Below are positions 33,831-41,620 of a stretch of 46,930 nt of DNA, piece by piece. Positions within the stretch are counted from its first letter, which is position 1, and every line of letters starts with the position of its first letter. Location of the stretch: NCBI GenBank assembly GCA_017507065.1, contig JAFWBO010000093.1, positions 1-46,930 of the forward strand, written 5' to 3'. Origin of the DNA: Kiritimatiellia bacterium (GTDB lineage Bacteria > Verrucomicrobiota > Kiritimatiellia > RFP12 > UBA1067). Made by a program: the position numbers and the translations under genes. The notes below the pieces were generated by a model. The model had not been told where the DNA came from, made no database searches, and was given only the letters and a program-made list of their open reading frames with translations.

Positions 33831-34766
33831 TCAGAGAACAAGCCCCTCTGTTTCGGGAAATCCGAGAGCGATGTTCATATTCTGTATGGCGGCGCCGCTC
33901 GCGCCTTTGCCGAGGTTGTCGAAAAGCGATACGAGAACGATGCGGCCATCGGTCCCGAAGGCCGAAACCGCCATCCCGTCGCGGAGCGCGAACGCCGCCG
34001 AAGACACCACGCCGGAACCGGGCAGATCTTCGGCGAAACGCACGACACCGTTCCCCTCCCTGTACGTCTCGCGGTAAACCTGCCTGATTTCATCGACGGA
34101 AGCGGACGTCTCGTTTTCGGAGAGAAACACCGTCGTCTCCATGCCGCGGGCGTGCGGAACGATCACGGGCGAAAAAACGGGCATCCTGGGCAGAGAGCAG
34201 ACAGCCGCGATTTCAGGAAGATGTTTGTGCATCTGTCCGAGCGCATACTGCCTGCCGCCGAGATATTCCTGCGTCCCGGCGGAAAGCGCTTCTTCGTATG
34301 CCGCGATCATTTTCTTGCCGCCGCCGGTATAGCCAGTCAGAGAGAAAGCCGACGGGGCGGCGCCTTTTTTCAGCAAGCCGGCCCTGACAAGCGGCTCTAC
34401 GAGCGCTATATAGCCGGAAGCATGGCAGCCCGGGTTCGCGATCCTGCGCGACAAAGCGATGCGTTCGCGCCGGCCGGCAAGCTCGGGGAAACCGTATTCC
34501 CAGCCTTCGGAAACGCGATGCGCGGTGGAAGCGTCGATTATCGTCACGGCCGGATTTTCGACGAGAGAAACAGCCTCGCGCGCAGCATCGTCTGGAAGGC
34601 AGAGAAACGCCACGTCGCAAGAATCGAGAGCCTCCTTGCGGGCGGCGGGATCTTTGCGCCTCTCTTCGGGGAGGGCAACGAGTTCGATATCGCGGCGCTT
34701 CTCGAGACGCGATCTTATCTCAAGCCCGGTGGTGCCGGCGCTCCCGTCGATAAAGACCTTTTTCAC
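33831..34766 (-). CDS. argC: N-acetyl-gamma-glutamyl-phosphate reductase (short, type 2 form)
   Basis: GTG start. (V)KKVFIDGSAGTTGLEI...DVAFLCLP...IANPGCHASG (catalytic Cys)...DNLGKGASGAAIQNMN. Confidence 0.88.
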   Translation of the reverse strand: MKKVFIDGSAGTTGLEIRSRLEKRRDIELVALPEERRKDPAARKEALDSCDVAFLCLPDDAAREAVSLVENPAVTIIDASTAHRVSEGWEYGFPELAGRRERIALSRRIANPGCHASGYIALVEPLVRAGLLKKGAAPSAFSLTGYTGGGKKMIAAYEEALSAGTQEYLGGRQYALGQMHKHLPEIAAVCSLPRMPVFSPVIVPHARGMETTVFLSENETSASVDEIRQVYRETYREGNGVVRFAEDLPGSGVVSSAAFALRDGMAVSAFGTDGRIVLVSLFDNLGKGASGAAIQNMNIALGFPETEGLVL

Positions 34767-34778
34767 GCGAGCCCCCGG

Positions 34779-37172
34779 CTATTCGTCATCGGTGAATTCA
34801 TCCGCATCCTGAGGCTTTTCCTCGGGTTTGTTCTCGCGGCCGTCGCCCTCCTCGACCGGCTTGTCGCGATAGCCGTAAACGGAGCGGCCGTACCCGTAGC
34901 CGTAGCCATAGCCGTAGGAATGGCGGACGTTCGGCGCGAACGCGCTCGCTCCCGACACGTCGACATCGTTCACAACCACGCCGAGAATGTTCGCGCCCGC
35001 CTCCGTGAGACCTCTCGCGCAATACTGTATCGGACGGAAATGCGTTCTGTCGGGGCAGCACATGATCAATACGGAATCGACCTGGACGGCGAGTGAGACG
35101 ACATCGCCGACAAGACCGTACGGCGGCGAATCTATTATTATGTTGTCGTAATTGGCCCTGGCCCATTCGAAGAAACTGGCGACGGCGGCGGAGCCGAAAA
35201 TCGTGGCGGGGGAAAGATCCTGCGGCGGCAGCGATGCTATGACATCGAGCGAAGGTATGTCCGTCTTGTTGACAAGCTTTGCGAAATCTATCTTGTTTCC
35301 GCCGGACGCGCCGAGGACGTGCGAGAAGCTCCTGTCGGGCGTAAGCGAAAGGTTCCACACGCGGGCAAGACGCGGACGACGCATGTCGAAATCGACATGG
35401 AGAACCTTCCTGCCGACCTGCGCATACGTTATTGCAAGCGACGTGGACGTGATCGTCTTGCCTTCGCCGGGCTGCGTGGAAATGACGAGCATGCACTGCG
35501 TCATCGATTCGTAGCGCGGCGAATCGAGCAGGTTTCTCAAACCGGCCACGGTTTCGGCGAACTGGGAGAACTTGTCCTCGAGTATGAACCTCGCGACCTG
35601 CTCGCGGCGTTTGCGGCGGACGTGCGGCAGCACTGCAAGCACCTTGAGCGAAAGACGCTGCTCGATGTCGGAGAGATTGACAACCGTGTCCTCGAGATTG
35701 TCGAGAACGAGAACGAAAAGTATGCCGAGTGCGAGAGAGCCCGCTATGCCGATGCCGAATATGTACATCGGATTGGGGGCGACAGGAACCGTCGGCACCG
35801 TGGCCTGGCGCCCGAGCACGATGACCTCTTGATTGGCCTGGGCTTCGAGACGCGCCTTGTTCTCGTCAAGAACGAGACCTTCGTGAATGCGGTTCGCCAC
35901 GCCGAAATTCGTCTCGAGAATCCCGAGGCCGGATTCCGCGAGCACGACTCTCTGCGCAAGAGACGAAAGTTCGTTCGTGAGATCGTCGCGCTTGACCCTG
36001 AGCTGCGAAAGCCTGTTCTGCGTAACCCGGAGGTTTGACCGGCCCGTTTGGAGAGCGCGCGCGGCCGCATCGAGGAAGCCCTGCCGCGCCACGTCGAGCT
36101 CGCTCTTCTTCGTCTTGACTTCCGGGTGGCTGTCGGTATATATGACGAGGAGCTTCTCGTATTCGGTCTTCGCGGTCAGGAACGTCTTGTACTCCGTGGC
36201 AATTTCCTGAGCCCTCGGGATGCCAGTCGAAAGCGAACCGTAGCTTTCCGGCTTTTTCTGGACCTCGGAGAGCATCTTCTCCCATTCGATGAGCTGCGTC
36301 TCTTCGGATTCGAGCCTGAGGATTTCGCTGTTTGTCTGCGACAGCGCCTGCCTTGCCGTGTCGCGCGCAGATCTCAGGTTGTCGACCTTGTGGGCCGTTC
36401 TGAAATCAAGAAGCTCCTTCGCGAGAGTTTCGACCTCGCGGCGCTTCTTCTCCGCGTTGAGGTGGATCTGGCTGACCGCCTTGTCGCAAAGCATCTTGTT
36501 TTCTTCGTCGGTGTAAGACTCGATCGCCTTGGCATAGGCATTGGCGACACCGGCCGCAAGCTGCGGCGATTTGGACTTCACGCTGATCATGATTATGCGC
36601 GAGCCCCTCTGGATCTCGAGTTTCGAGCCGCCGATGGCCTGCATTATCTCGTCGTCCGCGACCGTCGACGCCGGATGCCCGGCACGGTACTCCTGGACGA
36701 TCATCGTGACAATTTTGTTGGAACGCCACGCGCGGCTGCGCGTATTGAAGATTTCGGCATAGTCGTTGCCGTAATCCTGCATGGCTCTTCCGAGCGAACT
36801 GCCGCGACCCGACGCCCTGCGCATATCCATCATGAATTCGCTCGATGCTTCGTATATCGTGGGCGAGATGCGGTAGACGGCGAACGAAATTACGACACCG
36901 ATGAGGAGAAAGACGAAAATCGAAAGCCATCTCTGGGCGAAAACGCGGAGAATGCGCTTGACCGAAAGAGTGCCTATCACCGAACCATCGGAATTGGACT
37001 CGCCGTTTTCGCCGCCATACGCACCGTAATACGAAGCCTTGCCGTATGTTCCTCCATACCGGCGGCCAGATCCGTAATACATCGGGCTCCTGCCGCCATA
37101 CGACGACGATCCTCCGCCGTAGTAAAGAGGGTTTTTGCCTTTTCCGCCGTAATAAAGATTCTTTTCAGCCAT
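34779..37172 (-). CDS. polysaccharide co-polymerase / tyrosine autokinase (Wzc/GumC-type BY-kinase)
   Basis: Wzz-like domain with two TM helices and a long coiled region. Walker A: STQPGEGKTITSTSLA. Walker A' and B: IIDSPP. C-terminal Tyr cluster: SYGYGYGYGYGRSVYGY. The N-terminus is also Tyr/Gly-rich. Confidence 0.85.
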   Translation of the reverse strand: MAEKNLYYGGKGKNPLYYGGGSSSYGGRSPMYYGSGRRYGGTYGKASYYGAYGGENGESNSDGSVIGTLSVKRILRVFAQRWLSIFVFLLIGVVISFAVYRISPTIYEASSEFMMDMRRASGRGSSLGRAMQDYGNDYAEIFNTRSRAWRSNKIVTMIVQEYRAGHPASTVADDEIMQAIGGSKLEIQRGSRIIMISVKSKSPQLAAGVANAYAKAIESYTDEENKMLCDKAVSQIHLNAEKKRREVETLAKELLDFRTAHKVDNLRSARDTARQALSQTNSEILRLESEETQLIEWEKMLSEVQKKPESYGSLSTGIPRAQEIATEYKTFLTAKTEYEKLLVIYTDSHPEVKTKKSELDVARQGFLDAAARALQTGRSNLRVTQNRLSQLRVKRDDLTNELSSLAQRVVLAESGLGILETNFGVANRIHEGLVLDENKARLEAQANQEVIVLGRQATVPTVPVAPNPMYIFGIGIAGSLALGILFVLVLDNLEDTVVNLSDIEQRLSLKVLAVLPHVRRKRREQVARFILEDKFSQFAETVAGLRNLLDSPRYESMTQCMLVISTQPGEGKTITSTSLAITYAQVGRKVLHVDFDMRRPRLARVWNLSLTPDRSFSHVLGASGGNKIDFAKLVNKTDIPSLDVIASLPPQDLSPATIFGSAAVASFFEWARANYDNIIIDSPPYGLVGDVVSLAVQVDSVLIMCCPDRTHFRPIQYCARGLTEAGANILGVVVNDVDVSGASAFAPNVRHSYGYGYGYGYGRSVYGYRDKPVEEGDGRENKPEEKPQDADEFTDDE

Positions 37173-37174
37173 TT

Positions 37175-38635
37175 TCAGCTTCTGCTCCGTTTTTTGCCGC
37201 CATCGGCCGGCGCCGCACCCTTGAAGACGGGGATGAACGAGCCCCCGCCGAGGGCAAGAAGCGACGCCCCGGCCAACAGGACATCTGTTCTCAGGAAAGA
37301 CGTGTCAAAGAAAATCTGAGCAACGAAACACGCAAAAACCGCAACCGCCGCGGCCGCAACGGGATAAAACGGCCTTACCGGAGAGCGGACAGACTTCACT
37401 GCGCGAACGACGAACGTAACGACGAGAGCTACAACGACAGAGCAAAAAGAAACGGCGCCCACAAGCCCGCGCTCGGCAAGAACGTGCCACCAGCCGACAA
37501 CGGCGCTCGACTGGCCGGGAGGGAGAACGGCCCAGTCTTCAAAAGTCGCATTGAACCTGACATTCAAAGGAAACGTGCCGAGACCCGTCCCAAGCCAGGG
37601 CGACGAATTCCAGACCTTGGAGGCAAAAGATGCGCAAAGCGCCCGGATTTTCATGTATTGCTGGCCGAAAAGCTCGAACTTGCCGTCGATGAACGGCTCT
37701 AACCTCGCTGTTTCGAGAAATTCCGGCGCAAGCGCCATGCAACAGCTTGCAACCATGAAGAGCGACATCAAAAGCGACGCGACGCATTTGAAAGCAACCG
37801 TCTTGTCACAGGCGATCCCGGCATAAAAGAACGACGCTATCGAGGTCGCAAGAAGAGCGGCAAGGAAAAATACAATCACATAAGACGGAGCAAAAAAGTA
37901 AAGCCCGACAAGGCAGCCGGCCGTACCTGTGGAATAAAGGAGCATCGCCTTGTTCCACTTTATCTCGAACGAGCCGGCCAAAGCGGCGATGCCGACGGTC
38001 GCGTAAATTCCGTACGAAGTGCCGATATACGACGAAGCCGCTATGTGACACCTGCTTGCTTCAACGGCGCCGGGAACATTGAAATAACATGCAACGGCAC
38101 CTGCAAAACCGGCAAATCCGGCGAGAATGGAAACCGCCGATATGAAAAACAGCCTTGCCCCCTTCCCAAGAGCATGGCGGCACGACTCGACAAGAACGAG
38201 CAACGACACCGATGTCGCCAGCTGAAGCATGCCGGCACCTTCGACGCCGGCAGGGAAAAAAGCAAGTTCCGATTCTTTCAATTTCCAGCGAAACACTTCC
38301 GTGTCGTACATCATCCCTACATTGCAGTTGAAAAGGCGCAAAGCGGATATGAGACAGATGGCCGCAAATATCCAGAAAAGAGGATCTTTGAAAAGCGCAG
38401 CCGCCACACGGCCGCGCGCCTCGCGCAACATCTCAGACGGCCTTCTCGACGGCTCGAAAAAATACCATATCGAACATATGAGCGACATCCAGAACAAAAC
38501 GGCGCACACAGCGCTTTCGCTCGCGTACGGAGCGAGAAAAAGCGGCAACACCGCAAGAACCGCCAGGTGCGCCGCAAGACCGTACTTCGAAATGAACTTC
38601 TGCACTTGCCCGAGAAAACTTATGCCGTGTATCAA
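37175..38635 (-). CDS. O-antigen ligase / Wzy-like polysaccharide polymerase (polytopic membrane protein)
   Basis: At least 10 predicted hydrophobic helices with a large loop, located inside an EPS locus. The start is uncertain: TTG at 38635 (a TTGA overlap with the OMP stop) is preferred, with TTG at 38668 and GTG at 38605 as alternatives. Confidence 0.6.
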   Translation of the reverse strand: MIHGISFLGQVQKFISKYGLAAHLAVLAVLPLFLAPYASESAVCAVLFWMSLICSIWYFFEPSRRPSEMLREARGRVAAALFKDPLFWIFAAICLISALRLFNCNVGMMYDTEVFRWKLKESELAFFPAGVEGAGMLQLATSVSLLVLVESCRHALGKGARLFFISAVSILAGFAGFAGAVACYFNVPGAVEASRCHIAASSYIGTSYGIYATVGIAALAGSFEIKWNKAMLLYSTGTAGCLVGLYFFAPSYVIVFFLAALLATSIASFFYAGIACDKTVAFKCVASLLMSLFMVASCCMALAPEFLETARLEPFIDGKFELFGQQYMKIRALCASFASKVWNSSPWLGTGLGTFPLNVRFNATFEDWAVLPPGQSSAVVGWWHVLAERGLVGAVSFCSVVVALVVTFVVRAVKSVRSPVRPFYPVAAAAVAVFACFVAQIFFDTSFLRTDVLLAGASLLALGGGSFIPVFKGAAPADGGKKRSRS

Positions 38636-39891
38636 TATGAGAACCGAACGCCGACGGACGCACGCCAACGGTCGTAGTTGTATCCGTGGCCCCTCACATA
38701 CGTGCCGCCGTGCGCCATCTGAGTCTGGTACTCTATGCTGCCGAAAAATCCGAGCCAGTTGTTGTAGGTGTAGTTGATCTGGCCGCGTGTCGTGATGATG
38801 TCGGTGTTGTAATCATCACTTTCGTACGAAGAATATTCATGGGTCTCGTAGCGGTAGGCGACATCCGCCGAAACGGAAACAGCGCCCTTGACGAGCGATT
38901 TGCTAACACCGCCGCTTACATTGTAAACCTTGAGCAAACTGCCGTATTCACGCTCGGAAGGCTGGTAGTAGCTCGAACCGAGGATCATAAATTTCGTCGT
39001 GGAATTCATGGCCCACATTCCGGAAGCCTGGAAGTCAAAGCTGTTTGCCTTGTGGACATCGCCGTATTCGTAATGGCTCCAGCCGCCCATCAAGCGGTAC
39101 TTGATCTTCTCCGTGGCGCGGGTCGCAATACCTGCCATGATCGAATAGCCCCTCGAATCACGCGCTACGCGACCCCCCTTCGGCGCTGTCGTATGATAGT
39201 CTCTCTCCCTGTCTTTGTGGTTGTCCTGGAGAGACCAATGGTGGCTGCCGCTCACGATGAAGTCGGTCCACGGCGAAGGGGCGATGCCCGCCTCGGCACC
39301 GACAGTAGACCTCTGCCAGCCGTACATCGGAGCATATTCTTTTTTATTGTTTTCGTAATCGATATAGTATATGCTTCCGTTGATCGATCCGTGGAGGTAC
39401 TGGTTGACGCGACGTTCCAAAACAGAATCAAATCCCCATTCGATTCTGTCTCGGCCGAGGCCTCGCCCGCCAGATGCTATGCCGTCGTCCTGGAGAATCT
39501 TGCCGAAATGCTGGCCGATCATGAGGGTCCACCCTTTTTCGTTCGGCGCGGAATCGCTCCACCTGATGCTGACATTCTCGTTGTAGCCGGACGAATTGCG
39601 ATTTTTGGACTTTCCGTTGTAGGCGTGGTAGTGATACGACAATCCGGCGCTCACACTCCAGTTTCCGTGCTGATAAGCGCCGTTTACGCCGGGAGAAACG
39701 ACCCACGAACTCGAACTGCGCGAATGCTTCGACGAATCGCTGTTCGAATCGTAGTTCGCAGAAAGCGAGACATACGGATGGAGCGTGATTCTCTCGCCGA
39801 TATGTATACCCTTCTTATCCTGCTCGGCTGAAAAAGCAGGCAAGACAACGAACCCGACGGCCGCCAAAATCGTCTTATTATTGATTTTCAT
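38632..39891 (-). CDS. outer-membrane beta-barrel protein of the EPS locus (putative polysaccharide porin)
   Basis: Signal peptide MKINNKTILAAVGFVVLPAFSA. Alternating Tyr- and Gly-rich strands. C-terminal ...VGVRFSY ends in an aromatic residue. Visibly lower GC than its neighbours. Confidence 0.65.
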   Translation of the reverse strand: MKINNKTILAAVGFVVLPAFSAEQDKKGIHIGERITLHPYVSLSANYDSNSDSSKHSRSSSSWVVSPGVNGAYQHGNWSVSAGLSYHYHAYNGKSKNRNSSGYNENVSIRWSDSAPNEKGWTLMIGQHFGKILQDDGIASGGRGLGRDRIEWGFDSVLERRVNQYLHGSINGSIYYIDYENNKKEYAPMYGWQRSTVGAEAGIAPSPWTDFIVSGSHHWSLQDNHKDRERDYHTTAPKGGRVARDSRGYSIMAGIATRATEKIKYRLMGGWSHYEYGDVHKANSFDFQASGMWAMNSTTKFMILGSSYYQPSEREYGSLLKVYNVSGGVSKSLVKGAVSVSADVAYRYETHEYSSYESDDYNTDIITTRGQINYTYNNWLGFFGSIEYQTQMAHGGTYVRGHGYNYDRWRASVGVRFSY

Positions 39892-39929
39892 AACCTGTCT
39901 TTCTGTTTCAGTGATTCCGTCTGAAAAGC

Positions 39930-40868
39930 TCAGTCGTGAAGCCCCTGCCCTTCGTACGGATTCGGCTCGCCTCTCGTGTATGTGCTGTTCCAGGGCAATC
40001 CCGGCGTCAACGTACGGGGAACGCGGTTAAGACCGGAGACAGCGTCGAGATCCGAGCCGGGGACCGTGGTGGCGGCGCTTCTGTAAATCATTGACGCCAT
40101 CGATGAACCGGCAGAACCCGAACTCGAGAGGTCGGAAAGCATGGCAACCGTCGCAAGAGGCCGTGCAAACGACAAGACAAGATTGACATCGGGCTGGGCA
40201 CCGGCATCGGCAGCGCCGAGCATGGGCTCGTAATTGTTCTCCTTCAAAGCAGGCCCGATCCATTCGTTTTTGGCAAGCTCGCGTGTCGCCGCATCGGGCA
40301 GATTGGCCGAGAGCTGATCCGCGAGATCGGCAGGCGTCCCGTTGGAACCGCGCACGAACATGAGAATGGCAAAAGTGTCGCGCACCCCTGAATCGTCGGC
40401 CGTCTCGTTGCGCTTCTGGATGGTGACCATGGTATCTTTGGCGAGTTTCGTATACGCTTCGTCGGTGAAAACGGTCTCAGGATCCGCAGCTCTGTTGAAA
40501 AGCTTGTTCGCGAAAACTTCGTTTATCGCAACGAGCGACGCCGGCGGAACCGTCGCGAACGTCTCTGCGAGCATGCTGGCGAGATTGCCCTTGGCCGCCG
40601 ATTTCATCGCCGCCGAGTTTATATCGACATATTTCGCCGTCTTCTCCGCCGGAGAGACAGGCATTGACTCGATGGCGGCGTTGACTCTGGCGAGAAACGC
40701 CACCTGGTCTTCCGCGGAGAGCTGCGAAACAAGCTCCTCCATGACGGCAGGATTCTCAATTGCCTGGCCGATCTTGCCGGTGGCGTCGGCGAGAGAAATC
40801 TTCGCCTTGTCGGCCGCGCCGGCCGCCAAGGTCGCAAGAGCAACCGCAAACACAAGGAGTTTTTTCAT
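39930..40868 (-). CDS. secreted hypothetical protein (312 aa) within the EPS export locus
   Basis: Signal peptide MKKLLVFAVALATLAAGAA. Ala-rich helical body. No recognised motif. AAAGGAAAG upstream of the ATG. Confidence 0.55.
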   Translation of the reverse strand: MKKLLVFAVALATLAAGAADKAKISLADATGKIGQAIENPAVMEELVSQLSAEDQVAFLARVNAAIESMPVSPAEKTAKYVDINSAAMKSAAKGNLASMLAETFATVPPASLVAINEVFANKLFNRAADPETVFTDEAYTKLAKDTMVTIQKRNETADDSGVRDTFAILMFVRGSNGTPADLADQLSANLPDAATRELAKNEWIGPALKENNYEPMLGAADAGAQPDVNLVLSFARPLATVAMLSDLSSSGSAGSSMASMIYRSAATTVPGSDLDAVSGLNRVPRTLTPGLPWNSTYTRGEPNPYEGQGLHD

Positions 40869-40902
40869 TTTTCTTTCCTTTCGTTTCTATGGCTTCTGTA
40901 AA

Positions 40903-41571
40903 TCAATACCAAGACTCGGGCACCCAGACGACGTCGCCCGCCTTGAGGCGGATATCCTTCGAGGCATCTCCCTTTTCTCCGATTTCAAGCACATCCACGA
41001 TCTTCCGCGTCTTGTCGCCGTTTTTGTCGTAACTCGTCACGACTATCTTGCGCTTGTTCGCATACGGCCTCAGCCCGCCGGCCTCCTTGAGCGCCTTTGT
41101 AACGGTAAGCTCCATCGTCTGCGTCATGTTGACGGGCCCGGGCGAGCCCACTTCGCCGAGAACGGTGACCGTGCCCCACGGGCTGACGCCGCGCCCGTCG
41201 TACGGAGCGAAGGTGACGGTGACCTGCGGCTGCTTGATGTAAACCTGATACTCTTTGACAAGTTTTTTCTTGAGCGCGTCAAGCGTCAATTCATGGCAAT
41301 AAACAGGCTTTTCAAGAAGATACGGGAGCACGATCTCTCCGTTCTGATCGACCTGCACCTGCATGGAAACAGGCTCTCGCGCGACGGCAGCGACGGTCAC
41401 GACGATGCCCACGCCGATTCTCACACGCGGCTTTCCATCGGTGAAAAGCACATACTGGTCGGACGGATCTTCCTGCTCGCGCTGGAAGAACATATTACGC
41501 ACCGTATCGCATCCGCCAAGAAGCAAAACGGCCGTTCCAAATATAAAAAATTGTTTCAAGTGTACACTCAT
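40903..41571 (-). CDS. polysaccharide export protein (Wza-like, Poly_export and SLBB domains), lipoprotein
   Basis: MSVHLKQFFIFGTAVLLLGGC lipobox. Also IVLPYL...V.GEV..PG and LKAGDVVWVP. The ATG at 41571 was chosen because the track start (TTG at 41610) lies inside the promoter. Confidence 0.75.
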   Translation of the reverse strand: MSVHLKQFFIFGTAVLLLGGCDTVRNMFFQREQEDPSDQYVLFTDGKPRVRIGVGIVVTVAAVAREPVSMQVQVDQNGEIVLPYLLEKPVYCHELTLDALKKKLVKEYQVYIKQPQVTVTFAPYDGRGVSPWGTVTVLGEVGSPGPVNMTQTMELTVTKALKEAGGLRPYANKRKIVVTSYDKNGDKTRKIVDVLEIGEKGDASKDIRLKAGDVVWVPESWY

Positions 41572-41590
41572 CCCTTTTATCAGTGTGTAA

Positions 41591-41620
41591 ATTATACCAC
41601 TTTTATGCAAAGAAAGTCAA
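41591..41620 (-). promoter_or_regulatory. sigma70 promoter with extended -10 for the EPS export operon
   Basis: The minus strand reads TTGACT-18-(TGG)TATAAT, 19 nt before the ATG at 41571. The -35 overlaps the pbpC stop codon. Confidence 0.6.

Noticed and set aside
34870-34925. Short tandem repeat GCCGTA(G/C)CC(G/A)TAGCC resembling a microsatellite or mini-repeat array
   Set aside because: It lies in frame within wzc and encodes the YGYGYGYGYG tyrosine cluster expected for BY-kinases. It is not a CRISPR array or a non-coding repeat. No CRISPR-like repeat and spacer structure was seen anywhere in the window.
41572-41610. Upstream TTG start (41610) for the Wza-like gene given by the ORF track
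   Set aside because: Those 13 codons coincide with the TGGTATAAT -10 box and the spacer of the operon promoter. The ATG at 41571 gives a clean lipoprotein signal peptide ending in LLGGC.
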